Source of the DNA: Tubiluchus corallicola
Taxonomy: Eukaryota > Animalia > Priapulida
NCBI GenBank assembly: GCA_030141605.1
Contig: JAQGDQ010000622.1
Coordinates: 61,410-125,409, forward strand
Length of the DNA: 64,000 nt
Reading direction: 5' to 3'
Within the stretch, counting starts at the first letter, position 1. The number at the start of each line of letters is the position of its first letter. A program made the position numbers and the translations under genes. A model generated the notes under the pieces. It had not been told where the DNA came from. It was given only the letters and a program-made list of their open reading frames with translations, and made no database searches. Positions 12,915 through 27,900 of the stretch are shown here, piece after piece.

Positions 12915-15900
12915 GTAATTTCAGCAGCGTAATTTTTGCTTGCATGTTAATTGTAATTGTTTGTTTATATATGTGGTTGTATACAATTGATGGTGTATCC
13001 ATTTACTTAGTTCAGGGCTTGTACTCGTCCTATAATTCCTACATTTTTTGAAAACATCCTAGAATTCTATATTTTGGGTTATGTCCTATAATTCCTATAA
13101 AACTTGATAAAACTATAAAAATGTCCTATAATTCCTATAAAATCATGAATACTCAATGAAGTGAGAATGTTTCTGGTATTTTTCGCGTGCCTTCGGTGTG
13201 CATAACCACAATTAAATATTATAAGTACATATCTTTATGATTTGGGCATTTTAGTGAATGTAAATAACAGTTGTCTGTTGCGAAGTATGTATGTTTTTAC
13301 AGAGTTGGTATTCTCATTGCGTGGTTAGAAAAAATTATTTACTTTTTCAAAGAAATTGTGAAAATCGTGGTCGTGTAAGGTTAGAAACTTTCGTTTTTAA
13401 ACAAAAATGTCCTATAATTCCTATATTTTTTTTCAAAAAATGTCCTATATCTTTATAGAATAATGTCCTATATTTTTGAGTAGAGTACAAGCCCTGTTAG
13501 TTTACTTGTTACATTTTTTGATGAAACATAGGAAGTGCAGGCTCCTTGTTTATAACTGCATCTTGTTTGTCGACAGTTATGTAGTTGGTACTTATTGTTT
13601 TCAAGTGAAATGAGTAGATTAGTAAGAATTAGGCTTATCATGCGCACACTGCTTTTTGCCTATGGATGGGCATTTGTGGTGAATTGGAGGTTGATAAGCA
13701 TTTCTGCACTGATTTTGTTTCTTGCTTTTAGTATTGACTTTGATTTGTAGTAAATGCATTTTAGACAAGCTTACTCCACTTTTTGGCCTACCCTGCTTTT
13801 GTTTAAGCTTTTTCTGTATTTGTCTGGTTTCAGCAAAGCCCTTCGGACATTACTATGGTTGCTACCTGCAGGGTAATCCAATGATTTATGATGAAGTAGA
13901 CCTTCCTGTTATTCTAAATGATGTAAATTCCACGAAAAAATGCCTCTTGGCCTGCTTAAATGAAAACTATCCGTATGCGGGGCTTGCCTTTTCTGATGAT
14001 GACATTTTAACATGTTCGTGTGGGAATAGCTATGGACGATATGGTGAAGAAACTGAAGGGTGTAGTAAATGTCCAGATGACGGAAAACTCAATTGCTCGA
14101 TTGATGGAAACACCAGTGCGGTATATGATACTGGATGTAGGTATTGCTATTTTAGTACAAATAGGTGAATGTTTGTTTATGTGTTTGTTTGTTCCTAATA
14201 ACCCAGCAAGCATTGTCTTTTTTCTTACTAAACTATTGCCTCTATTTGTACTCGCAGGTGGAATGAATAAACTAACCACAAGATGGCTGTTCAATTTTAG
14301 TATGTTTTTAGTACAGCCTACTAAATGTCTATATAGACGATGCAGTTCTACATGGTATCATTTGGTACATTACTATGTGATAGGTACCATTTTTAAATGG
14401 TTTTGAAACTAGGTATTTCAGCTAATTTTTGCACAATTGTCATCTAAACAATTTATTTAGCAAATACACTGACAAAATGTCAGGCTGTATGTATTGCAGC
14501 TAGGTGCAAAGCTCGAGGTCAAATTTATGCCAGTATACTTCTAAGCAAGCATTTTTCACAACTCGATGTTTAAGTAAATTACATAGACCACAGATTCATA
14601 CTTGAAAAAACTAATGTCAGTGAGCAAGCATGGCTACATTGAAACAAGCAGAAAGGCTTCATAACTATCTGTGTTCTCATATGGCGAATTAATTGAAGCC
14701 AATATTGAGAGTTTCAGACCCCCGAACTCATGGAGTTTACGGTCCGGAAGTGACATTTTCCAATTTCATCAAAACGAAATGCATTTCCTAGGTAATCAAG
14801 CTTGGAAAATTCAACAATTGCAAAATTTTGATTTTGAGGCAGAGTTGATGTCAGCACAAATTTTCTATTCAGCACTTGCAGTTTTGGTTATACTGCCAAA
14901 TCTTGAAGTTTATGACTTCATCATAAACAGCAGTCTATTTATATATACAATGCATACAGTTAGTTGGTACCTTGTTATTTCTGTCTTTTGCATTGGCTTT
15001 TGTGATTCTCTACTGTATCTAGAATGTTTACAACACGCTAGAAAAAAAGTAATGTAACAGCTATTCCTTCCCTAGCTATTTACCAAAAACAAATCTGGCT
15101 TCCTTCAATATATCAATGCTGTTGCTGGTAGTTACTTTAGCTAATGACTACCAGTCTACAACTGTCTGCTTTCAGTATGGTATAGGGAGAGACCAGAATT
15201 CCGTGGATGCTGGAAGATAGACGCATCCGGCAGAGATTTCAGGAATAATTTCACCGCTTCCTCGCCGTATGATTGTATCGCCGTGTGCAGGAAGTTTGCC
15301 AAGCAAAATAAGAACAACAAAGCAGACAGGAAAGCATACGTGAAAAGTCCGGAGTGGCTTTCGTACTTTTCGATTTTTGAACAGCCACAGTCCTGCTTCT
15401 GCGATGGCAGTTTGGGCACGTCAAAAGCATTAGAGCCTGCCAAAAACTCCTGTCCGAGGTGTGGTAATGAGGGTTTCTGCTCTGGGACAAATAAAACTTA
15501 TGCTGTATATGATACCGCAGGTAAGAATGGGTAACATGCTGTCTTTAGACCTCCATGTGCTCAGTAAAAGAACTATTATTTTTATCATTTATTTTAATTT
15601 CACAGTTTCGCAGAAGTCCTAGCATATATCCATAATAGCTTCGTATTTCAAAACCATGTATGCTCTCTGCTTTAGTTTTTGGATATTTTATCAAAGAAAA
15701 TCTTACTTAAAAATAATGGCTAGCTATAATTGCTAATCATTTTCTGTGTTGTGTAGCAAATGAGTTTTTTATGTAGCATTTTTGAAAACAAGTAACTGCT
15801 GCTAATTCTGCTTATAAATTTGCACATATTATTGTGTGCTAAAATTTTTAATGATTGGTTATTGGTGTATGCATTATTGCAATAAAAATGCAAAAATCAG

Positions 15901-18900
15901 TATTGCATCTAAAAACAGCCTTAATTATATACTCATTCAATTATTTAAGATCATTGCAAAGCAATTTTATAAAAGCTTGTAAATTACTAATAATCAAAGA
16001 CACTTTCAAGCATTTTTCTGTTTTCTGGCAGTATGCAATGCCACAGGGCTGTACTTTCTGTGGCACTGCATACTGAACGTTACTGTGCGTTGCACACCAT
16101 TCACCCCGTCCAGCGCCTGCTAAAATCATAATTTGATTTTTCTGGTAACTTATTTCTTACATGTGCTGGATAAAAATTCATGTTACATTTGTTTATCAAG
16201 TCATATTGATTTGTCATTTTACAACTTCTCTTCAGTTTCTTGAAAAATAGTGTTTTAAGCCTGCAAATGCATTGCTGGTTTGTTCCATGTGGTGAAGTAT
16301 AATAAAGAAGTAAGGCTCATTGCAAGATAAAAATGCATTGCCGTAAGACATAATGTTCTATGATTGTTGCAGTATTTTGCCATGTACAATGTCATTGCAT
16401 GCAGGATAGTCCGCAGCATTTGGTGTAATGCAAAAACTGAGGCTCTTATAATTTCAGCTCCTAAGTCGTGGTTTAATGATCTGGGATTTGCTATGGCAGA
16501 AACCATGCAGTTTCAATATTAGTTTTGACTGAACTGCTCAGTTAACTTTCTCGCAAAATGTCCTTGCGTTGAAGCAGTAGACAGGCTGATGCCATTATCA
16601 CTGAAATTTCACTAAAAATTATAACAAGTGGCAGAACATAATTAGTACGAAAATTCTTGTTTGGATTTATACGCATTAGAGAGTTTTGTTTCTGCGTGGC
16701 ATCGAGTCATCGAAGGGCAAGCATTGCATACAGTAACTGTGTACAGCATAATATCAACTCATGTAAAGGCAAGTATTGCATGCAGCAGTTATGTGCAGCA
16801 TGGCATCAAGTCACTCAAGGCAAGTATTGCATGCAGTAAAGATGTGCAACATGGCATCAAGTCACGCAAGGCAAGTATCGCATGCAGTAATTATGTGCAG
16901 CATGGTATCAAGTCACGCAAGACGAGTATTGCATGCAGTAAAGATGTGCAACATGGCATCAAGTCACGCAAGGCAAGTATCGCATGCAGTAATTATGTGC
17001 AGCATGGTATCAAGTCACGCAAGACGAGTATTGCATGCAGTAAAGATGTGCAACATGACATCAAGTCACGCAAGGCAAGTATTGCATGTAGTAATTATGT
17101 GCAGCATGGCATCAAGTCACGCAAGGCAGGTATTGCATGCAGTAAAGATGTGCAGCATGGCATCAAGTCACGCAAGACGAGTATTGCATGCAGTAATTAT
17201 GTGCAGTTTTGGGCAGTTTTATTTTTATTACCAGATTTTGTTGCGTTCTTGCAGAATCTCATGTGTGGTTCTTCGTGGGCTGTTTCATTTGGGATGATGC
17301 GTATTTCAAGAATAAGTATCCTCCCCAAACTGCTCCCACTCACATCAATTGCCGAATAAAATGTCTAAGAGAAGGCTTTTACTACGCCGCCATCCAAGGC
17401 AAAGACAATAACTGTTTATGTGGCAACACGTACAACTATCACCAGTTCTCAACCAACTGCAGACCGTGTGAGCCAGGTGGAACGTTTCTGTGCGCTGGAG
17501 CTAATGCCATTGCTGTCTATTATACAGAAAGTAAGATGTACATATTAAAGTAATAATTAAACAATTGTGGATTAGAAAATCTATTACTAAAAACAATTAT
17601 AAGTGAGAATGCAATTTCACTTGTTTGGATAATTGTTGCCTTCCTAGCTTGTACCACATTACGCTTACATTTGTTATATTGTTTGATACGTGAACGAAAT
17701 ACACGGATGAGTGCTATTCAATACATGAACGAAACAAACAAAATTTCAGACATTTGCTAGAATACAGGAACGAAACGAACAAAAATTTGGAAAAATAACT
17801 GCAATATACGAAAACCAACAGCACAAAAATTTAATAATAGTTTATTAAATAGTTTGTAATAATAAAATTTGGAATATTTTCTACTGACTGTACCAACTGA
17901 AAGACACCATTATTTTATCTAATTCGTACGAGAAATGTGGTCCCGCATTCTGAAACCAGACGTACACAGTAGGGGTGAACATCGAATGTCATATTCGATT
18001 TGAACGCATTTTTTAATTCAAATTTGATTCAAACATAAAATTGTAGATTTGAATAATTCAGCACTTCGGTCACATACGTTCTTTTGTCATTGAAACGTTT
18101 TAAACATCACGCAATTAGAACAATTTAGTAGCAATTTTTCCATGTTTAAACTAATTATTGGTGGATTTATTGCAGAACAAAATTGAGTAATGAGGTCTAT
18201 ATTTGCAGGATCTTTGTAAAACCTCTTTTTACTGAGAGTATGGAAAATTGTTCGAAAAGCTTTCAAACTCAATTCGAAATCGAAATGCTGAAATTCGGTT
18301 TGATTCGAATTCGAAATGCTGAAATTCGGTTTGGTTCGAATTCGAATGTCACACATTTGATTCGATTCGAATTCGATTTCTGGTATGAGAATGCTCACCT
18401 CTAGTACACAGACAGTTGGTCATAGATATCTTTGCATGCATGATGGCATAATCAGAAGCAAAATTTACATTGTAAGATACAAGAGCTAACAGAGTTTTTT
18501 AATAATATACTCACTGTTGTTTTTACTTATTTAAGTAGACGAAAGTAGATGTAAATACATATAGAAGCTGCAGAAAGTAGATGTAGATTTAAGGTAGATG
18601 TGATAGAAGTAGATGTTACAAACGCTGATTCGTTTTGAACTGATTTCAGATGCTATTTCTAGCTTCATGAAGCTAGGATGTTAGTTCACATAGTGTTTTG
18701 CTACCTACAATTCTCATTGATGTTGCATTTGCTAGATTGCTTGACACCTTTTACTGCTGAACTCAGGGGATTATTTGGTTGACTGACCCATCGTTTCGTG
18801 AAAAATGTCATGTAAACTACCTTGGGATGCATAGGTCCACCAACTGTATTAAACATGTATTAAAATGTTTTCTAAGATACTAATGCTACTGATCTTTTGT

Positions 18901-21900
18901 GTCAGTAGAACTTTCTCTTTTTTACCTCCACTTTCTACCTTTAATTGCCTTTAAAGGAATGATGGGAAATCATATTCATGAAATTGCGTCCTGTTACTTT
19001 GATGCGGACATTAATAAGGTGCTTGAAGTCACACTAGATGAGCTTTTGCTGTGTTTCTTGAACAAAGCCATGTTCTTAATTCATATTTATGCACAGTGTG
19101 ACATTCACTCTACTGTTTCAGTTTGAGACTACTGCTAATGAACACCTAGACAAAGCCTATGTAATAGCTTTTAATATGTATAAACTTCATATATTTTGAG
19201 TGGATTTACAATTTTTACTCATCACTGTAATTCCACTATGTGGAGTTATGAAGGATGTGGTACAGTTTAGTTAAAGACAGATATATACAACTACTTTGAG
19301 AATATAATTATGCAAATAGTTGATTAAAAATACAAGTAGTTTATTAAAATATGCAAAACCTGTATAACAGACTTCAGATACGATATCAAAAACAATTATC
19401 AATGTGCTTCAGCCCATAAGACCATATAAAAATATAAGTTGTTCAATAGCTGGTACTTATTTCAAGAATCCATTACAAACTGTTACAGAAATCCTTTGCA
19501 AATACAATGCACTAGTTGTTAGCATGCAAGGCTATGTGTGGCACAAAAGCCTACTCCAAAACTTCAGTCGTGTGGCATAAATAACAGTGCTCTCACTATT
19601 GTTTCACCGTATCTCAAAAATTGCAGTTTGCAAATTTTGTAGAAAGGACAGTTTTCTTCTGTTTGTGAAATAATACTGCATTTCTGAAGGCTCAGAAATA
19701 ACGTCACTTAGATTCTATTGTTCGTCAATGATCTACTACACTCTATATTCTTTAGCTCATTACCTGTGCTGATTATACTCCTCTGCAAGCATGGCATCTC
19801 ACACACTGTCTTGAACTGGTGCCAAAATTAACCTATTTTTAATGCAAAGAAGTTAAACTGTGCATCCTTTTTTCAGCAATGAAATGCTATGCTGCTCTTT
19901 AGAAATGCAGGTATAGTAAGTCCTCGCTTAGTGACTCTAATGCATTCCAGCAAAATGTGACAATATGCCAACATCGCTAAACGAAACTATGGTTTCCATA
20001 AGAAATAATGTAAAAGCATTCAGTTGCATTGCAGGGGCAAAAATCGGCTAAAGTTTGCAATTTCCCACACACAAGAAATTAGTTGGTGAACCACATTAAG
20101 GTTAAGGTTTGGGTTAGGGTTGGGGTTAGTGTGTTTAAATTGAGTGGGAATTCTAAGCTCTTTCCCAAAAGTCAATAGTGCTTGGCTTTGTAAAAGTGTC
20201 CACATATGTTGCAGGAGAAAATCAATAACACTTGGCTTACTAATTAAACACTTATAGCGTTTGTTGCTCACAGTTCTACTTTAAGTAGTTGTTTAATTAA
20301 AAAGCTAATGAGTAAGTAAAGTATGAAAACTAGAATCCAAACTTGAAACAGTCCTTCTTCATCTGGTTGCTCTTTTTAGCCATTTTTACTTCTTTTTCCT
20401 TCTCCTTAAGATTTTTTTGTAAGAAAATCTAGGGTTGGGTGCTTAGATTTTTTCCTTTTTTCAGTCAGCACTTATGACACTGCATTACTTTCAAGCTGTG
20501 TTTGCTCTCATGGTCATTTTCAGTGTTGTCTTTGTGACATTTAAAATGAGGTGAAGGCAACAATTAATTATGTAACACCAGAGAGTTTTGTCAACCAGAG
20601 GAATGTTGTTTAAGCCTGGAAAAGCTATGAATCATCATGATCTGCTTAGCTTTGTCTGATCGCTTGTTATATACTTAGAGTATGAATGTAGTAAACGAGA
20701 TTTAGTGCTTAAAAGTAAAGCTAAAAAGCCATTGTTAAAACCAAACATGCATTTTTAAGTTATTGTTACCAGTGGATACAATTTGTTAAAATCTTTGGTA
20801 AGCGGGAGACAGACATAGAAACTGTTGCAGATAAAAACAGGCAAATCTTCAAAACACTCGGTCAAGTTTTTAAAGTTTACTTGATGCTGCTTGTTACTTT
20901 AAATGCATATATGTAATCTTCATACAGATCTTACATAGATTATATCTAGATATGCAGCTGCAGAGATACACATTACCGATACAGATACAAATCTAGGTAG
21001 AAATTATGTTGAGAATTTTAGAATATATAAAACTTTTATGTGAACTTTTCATAGTTGCATACAAAAGCTTGGTTATTTTGTTTGTTAGCGTTTTACTTTG
21101 CATTTCCAGATTTTGGCCCGCAAGCATTCAAGTTGGGTTGTTGGAACGACATAACGTCGTGGAGTGGCAAAAGACCCCACCTTGCATTCTACAATCGAAA
21201 ACAGTCTCCAAATGGTTGTTCAAATCGTTGTCGAGTGAAAGGCTTCCCATACGCATCTTTGATGAACGACAATTTTTGCAACTGTGGCTACAGTTTTGGT
21301 CACAAGGGGCCGTCAAATTCTCCGTGTAATATAAGATGCCTTAACAACTATAAGGGTCGTGGAATCTGTTTCAGTAATAGGAGATTGAGGAAAGACAGCA
21401 CAGGGTGGTACTATAATGCGAAACCTTGTCCCACATGTGGAGGATGGAATAAAAGAGAAGTCTTACGGGCTATTGGTAACAAACCTTTTCACTGTTTCGT
21501 TGTGTGCACGCGCAGTTGCTGCAGGTCAAAAATTAAGTGTACCACAACAATGTGTTTTAAAGACAACTGTCACATGATGTGTGTAAAGCAAAGCTGTGAC
21601 TACACCAGTTCAGTAACTTCAACTGTTACACATGGACTTTGCTTAATTATGCATTAGTCTGCGCATAGAGTGATTTACTAGCAGGATCTTGCTTAGCAGC
21701 AAGAAAAAATGAACTAGGTAAGGTTCTAGCTAGCAGCTAAAACTGTTAACATTAAAATAGCATAGGCAGCAAAGCATTGTCTAACATACACAAATGCGTT
21801 GCCTAGTACACTTAATCTTTGACCTATTCATGATCATCATCAATTGCTGGAACTGTAAAAAGGCCTATTGCAGTTATTGCACAACTTGAACTGGAAGCTT

Positions 21901-24900
21901 CAACATTATTAAAACTTTATGTTTCGAATTTTATCAATATTAACTTATATTAATGTGAATTTTCTGCTGAATCCAAAATACTTGAGTTAAACTTGAATGG
22001 ACTATACCATTTATCCAAGCTTAGAGTCGTTTGCTATAATTTGTACTTGAAGTACAACTACACGGATAAGTACATTTTACGAAAAACAGGTACAAGTAAA
22101 TAACGACTTTTATACCAAATGTTATATTTATTCCAAATTCAAGATTATACTTTTATTTTTCGTTACACTCAATGCATATAAATTTTTCGAAATTTGTGTT
22201 CGTCAACCTGTAGCGATCAGCTGTAAATATATTTCCTGCAATTCTGAAGGCTCTTACTACGCCTGCAGAGAAAGTCATAATAGATAGATAATATTATGCC
22301 GGCTTTACCAGTGAGTTCCCAAAATTTTAATGGGTACTCTCTGCTACATGGTCGATTTAAGAATTTGCTGATTTCTAGTGAAACATAACGCATCAACAGT
22401 TGGAATTCTGTGTTGGGGTTGCTTTGTGTAAGTGCAATATAGAGTCTGCAAGTCTGGCTTACCCTGGTGCCAAAAAAATGAAAACTCGTTTTTTCAATAT
22501 AGTATTTCAGTGTTTTTTTAAGTAACTCTGTTTTTTTACTTCCTTGTGAAGCATGAGTACTTGTAAAGAACTTGAACAGTACTTGAGATTTCAAATACAA
22601 GTACTTTGTTTTAGAACAAGTACTCAGAAAATAGTACTTGAGTACCAAGTACAAGTACAGTTCGGGACACCAAGCTTGCAGTTATCGTGCAGGAAAAAAT
22701 TCTACATCGAGACCAAGAGCTATTTCAGTAGAAGATTATAGAAATTTATTTGAAAAAAAAACAAAACTACTACTAAAGCATCTTGACAGTTGATTATAAG
22801 TAATTCACAACTATCCAAATTGTAACTGACTGTTGCTACTGTGTCAAAACAAACCATCATTCATCGTCTGAATTAATAAACTTGTTCTGTTATAGCAGAA
22901 TGAGCAGGCGACTTCAGCATTTTCCCCATCATGAGAAATACATCTACTTAGCTTTTCGAACATATCTGCTAACTTTGCATATGTAAACACTTGAAATTTA
23001 TACTTTGCGAAGTAACTCTATAAAGTGGTCTGTTCTAATGCTTGTTCTCTTTGTTGTTCATGTAATAAATCTTTAGCCAATATTTACATTGTAACGTTGC
23101 ATTTTAAATTTTTATGAAAAATGGTTTTCCATAGCATTGGCATTCTAAATGACAAGTAGCAATTGTTTAGAAGAACACAATGCATGAGTAGTCCAATGCT
23201 TCACATTCTGGACTAGTTGCTAAATAAATTTCACCGAAAAGCCATCTAACGATGAGTTCAATGAAGTCTTGAATGGCATTATGTTCCAGTATCACTATTT
23301 ATCCATTCACAATTGCTATTTTTCTCCAAAAAAAAGAATAAAGTCATTTGAGCAATTCTAAGGGGTCATGCCGTCTGTGGTTGTTTGGTCAGTGTTTAGA
23401 TTTATTCTACTTTACCATAGCCAGGGTAACACTGATTCCTGAAACTTTTTATGGAGCTTGTAGGTCCGCTTCTGGTACTCATTTGAAGTCTTGTTCAGAA
23501 AAATACATTTTCATAAAAATGACAGATAGTACGTTTTTATTTCTTTAAAAGTTTGAATACACTTCAAGTTGAGTTTGAAAACAATAAAGAATTTTTTTCC
23601 AAATTACATGTAAATTAGAATGCAGTTTACTAATTTTTGCAATTTTATTGTTTTTGTATTACTTAAAGAGTTAAACCCGGGAGAAAAGTTGGGAACAGGA
23701 TGCTATCCAGCTAACGGTACTTATAATTTGGCTTTTAAGATTAAGACCCAGGCGATGACAGCAGACATGTGCGTTCATTACTGCTATATAAGAGGTAGGT
23801 TGTATTCTCATTTAAGCAAATTGAGTTACTTTAGTTGAATAAAATTCAATTTTTATTATTAAAACTTTCTGTTTTCCATTTAGTAGTGAATGAAATTGCT
23901 TTGTGCAGGACCCACTCAAATGATATAACTTTTAGTAGCCAAAAACTAAAGTTTAGTCAGAATGGCTCAAGAAAATATCAAGTAATTAAATTCTTGATGA
24001 TTGAATACCTCCTTACTCTAACCTGCTTTCATTGTACTGTGACTAATGTAACACAAAAATATAATATAAAAAAATTGGCTGTGTTTAAAATTTTCGCTAA
24101 AAAAATTGGGAGAGTGAGATGGCTCTGTTTATGTCACTTAAATTTGAGTAATTTAAAATTAGTTATGAAGAGTTAAGATATCATTCATGGTGGATGCTGT
24201 TGGCGATATGGGTCTCAAATTCTGAGGATTCGTACTTGGCTCAAACATGCAAGACTCAACAAACTACATTTAACGTGAACGGCTGATGTTACATGGCATG
24301 TTATCAAATGCTCATGAAACACAAATTACTTGTTGATGATCTTCTGAAATAGAAACTAAAGAAATGTTTGCTTTTATATTCTACTATGAAATGTTTATTG
24401 TAAAGTTATAAGCATTCATTGATTTTTTATCAGTCACATAACCTTGGTTATGGTGGTCGTTTTTAACCTGGATTCCACTAGCTATTTATTGACAATGCTG
24501 CATACAGGCAGTTATTAAAGAATCCTTCGTTTAAATTAACTTAAATTTCATCATTTAACAAAGTATTTAGCTTCATACAAGTATTTTTGTGCATTTCTTT
24601 GTTTACCATTATTGTTGCTTTGGTCACCAGCAAAACCCTGTCATATTCGAACATCCATTTGTTACTTCCTAACTGTCTAACCTGTTGTTCATGTTTATGC
24701 AGATGGGTTTGCGCACAGACGTACATTGTGTCAAAACACAGTGTGCAACTAGATTTTTTATGAAATTCTATGTTTTTGCATGTCCTGTAATTGCACTCGT
24801 TTATTATGGTTGTGCTCTTGTGATTTCTTTGTCATTGCCACTCTCCATGTTTCTCGCCCGATATTACTGCACACTGGTTTTTAGCCAAGAACACCACCCA

Positions 24901-27900
24901 CCCCCTTGTTATTGGCTTATCCTTTCTACTTGCTTGTTATTCATTTACAGGCCATAAGTATGCTGTCCTTACTGGATTTACTGAATGTCGGTGCACCAAT
25001 GACAACATTGAAGAACATGATGTTGCTGGGAGGTATTGCGACGTTGCGTGCGCCGGAACGTATTTGGGTAGAAACAATTTCTGGGGCTATTGCGGAGGTT
25101 ACTACAGCAGTCAAAACTATCCAGCTTACTACAGTATTTACCGAACATACCATGGTAGTTAAATTTTTTTAATTAGATGAGTAAGTACAGTAATTCCTCG
25201 CTTAATGACTCCCGCTTAGCAGTGTTTCGTTTTAATGACTCTGAACATTTTTCTATTCATCATTTTGGGATACATTTTTAAGCGAGGTCTTACTGTACAC
25301 TGTTTTTAGCCGACCAGGTATATGCTTTTAAGCAGCACATTAATGTGTTACAGTTTTCTTTTTAGTGAAACAGTGAATTCAACTCTATCCTTCTCCACAT
25401 AATTGCTAGTACTGCCATATTGTTAGAACTTTATGAGATAATAAGATTGTAATATTTTACATGTAACTGATACGTCTAAACACTCATACCCAGACTTCTT
25501 ATTTATCTTTAAATCATGTTCTGAATTTCCGTATTTTAGATTACAAAGGTAAGGAAATTTGCGGAATGTACATGGTCAAAGGATATTGTAAACAGAAAAT
25601 GGATAGGTTTTTTTATGACATTAAAGCAGAGAAGTGCATCCCATTTCGCTACAGTGGCTGCAAAGGAAATGCAAACAATTTCTTGACGTTTGACAATTGT
25701 ATTGATGCGTGTGCAGGTAAAGTAATAAAAAGCTGATGGTACCATTCAATTGTCTTGTGCCATACTTGTGAATTTATGAATTAACTATGAAACAGTTTTA
25801 AAAATATTTGTAAGAAAGTTGTTCTTAAATGAAGATCATCGGAAACTGCTTAAAGGAAAACTCAGAAATGATGTTAAAGAAATTTGCATATTTTGTCCTT
25901 GAGGCTTGTTTTTAAACTTGTCAAATTTCACTTTACACTCTTAGTTACGCCATCTTCATCTTTGTAAATTGGTTTCGTAATAATTATAGCCGCTTGGATA
26001 ACATTTATTTGAGCTCTTTTGATAAAAGCTGGTTCCACTGTTGTGATGAAGCCAGTCGCCGAGATTTTAATATTCCTTTTCTGGATATCTATGGATATCC
26101 TGCTAAACCCACTAATTAGATCAGACATGGCAAGTTTCAGTAATAGCGTTTGTTGTACTCAACAACACTAACTACACAATGCAACTGTAACATTTGAGTG
26201 TTTACGGTTTGTTAATCTGTTTTATTGACAGACGTTTTTGCTCTTTAGAAGTTATTGACTGCAAGTCCAGTCCATGCATGAACGGTGGCACTTGTGTTCA
26301 AGGCCAGAAATGTTTCTCATGTATCTGTCTACCTAGCTTTACTGGGGATGTTTGCCAGTCAGGTATGTAATTATTACACCTCAGTACATAATGTTACAGG
26401 CTTGGGTAGCATGTTGGTAGTTTCCACAGTGTTTTAAATCTAAGCCAAACATCTGGAGAAATGCTGCCTTAGACACAGTCTTCTAGTTCTTCACTGCTGG
26501 TTGTCAGTGACTTCAGGTCTAACAAGACTCCAAGTTGTTTCTAGGAAAAAAACTCAATGGCATTTATCACTGCTCGCTAACTTTCTATTTTTTGCTGACT
26601 TTTACTAACATTAATTTGTATTTTATACACCAGCATTTGCAGGCCCCATCTTTGACCATTAGACTCGCTACGCATGAACAAAACAGAATACAGAGTATTC
26701 ATTTATTGCGTAATGACTGTTTCCTAATATAACTTCAAACGTAGCTATCATAAACAATGCCCAGAAGTCAACATTTACAAAGACTGTTTGTGCGACAGGA
26801 AATGTAGACAGTGAATTTCAGCATAAGATCATATAGGCGAAAAGTTGATGGGGAGGAAAAAGACATACGGTGCAACAATCTTCATTCTGTAACTCTCGCG
26901 GGAGTGGCTTCCCGTGTGATTGGAGAGAGGGATGGAACGGAATGCGTAGCTAACTTGTAGGGTTAGGATGGGCAATGTCGCGAGGTTCGCCTTAATTACT
27001 TCGCATTGATTAACTTGACTTTTAAATATTACATTGTGTCTTCTTGCTCATTTCTTCATCTCATTCCCTCCCTTTTTTAGGCTTGTTATAGCATTGATAT
27101 AGCTTAAATTTCCCTCTAATCTTACTTGTATTTATTTACTTCTGAATGACCTTTTACATTAATAGTGCTCTAGTTTTCTGTATTTAAGCTGTGTACGACA
27201 GCTTTCTTCAACGGTAGTAATATGAGTCTCTGCTGCAGCATCACGAGATGCGAGAAATTAAGCCTCTACTTATACTTACTGTCATAATTACCACTCTGTA
27301 TTTATACAACATGCTGCTTCTCATACGTTATCTTATATTATTATTATGTTGTGTTATTTCATTTTGTTTTTTCTTTACTTGTCCCTTATGATATCGATAC
27401 TTTTTACGTTATTCTTTATTAAACTAAAATTAAACTTCATTGAAGAAATTTCAAAAAGCAATAATATTATAAACAAACTCTAAACCAGATATTTACAAAA
27501 TTAGGGCTGAATTTGTTGGCCGCATGGTCATTTGCCACCCTTTCTCCTTATAACTAACTTCTTTTAACACACCAAGTATGCTTTTAAGGAATAGTTGTTA
27601 AATTGTCAGAATTATTGTTATGTTTATTATGCACTGTCAAACTTAAAAGAGATAAATAAACAATCTTAATCTTAATGTTGATGTAGTTTTGAATAGAACT
27701 CAATATGTTTGGTTTTAGTCAAAGGATTTTTACAAGAGATTGTTACAAGGGTATGTAATCTCACGTAATATTTCGTCTGTTTACCAATTGATAATACTGC
27801 ATGTTTGACATCGTGTATAAGATGATATTTTATATGCTATGTTTTTGTACTATGACATAGGTGTGCCAGGTTGTAATTGTAACAAAGAATTGACCAGTAT

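Noticed and set aside
16661-17359. 232-aa and 173-aa ORFs with a 17-aa periodicity
   Set aside because: By-products of a stop-free 51-bp repeat within an intron; the real exon starts at 17255 in another frame.
20098-20130. Telomere-like ggttag repeats
   Set aside because: Only a few degenerate units, probably internal to a DNA transposon remnant.
21476-21657. Cys-rich extension of the 200-aa ORF
   Set aside because: Lies beyond the phase-1 donor at 21475; intronic read-through with no recognisable Cys pattern.
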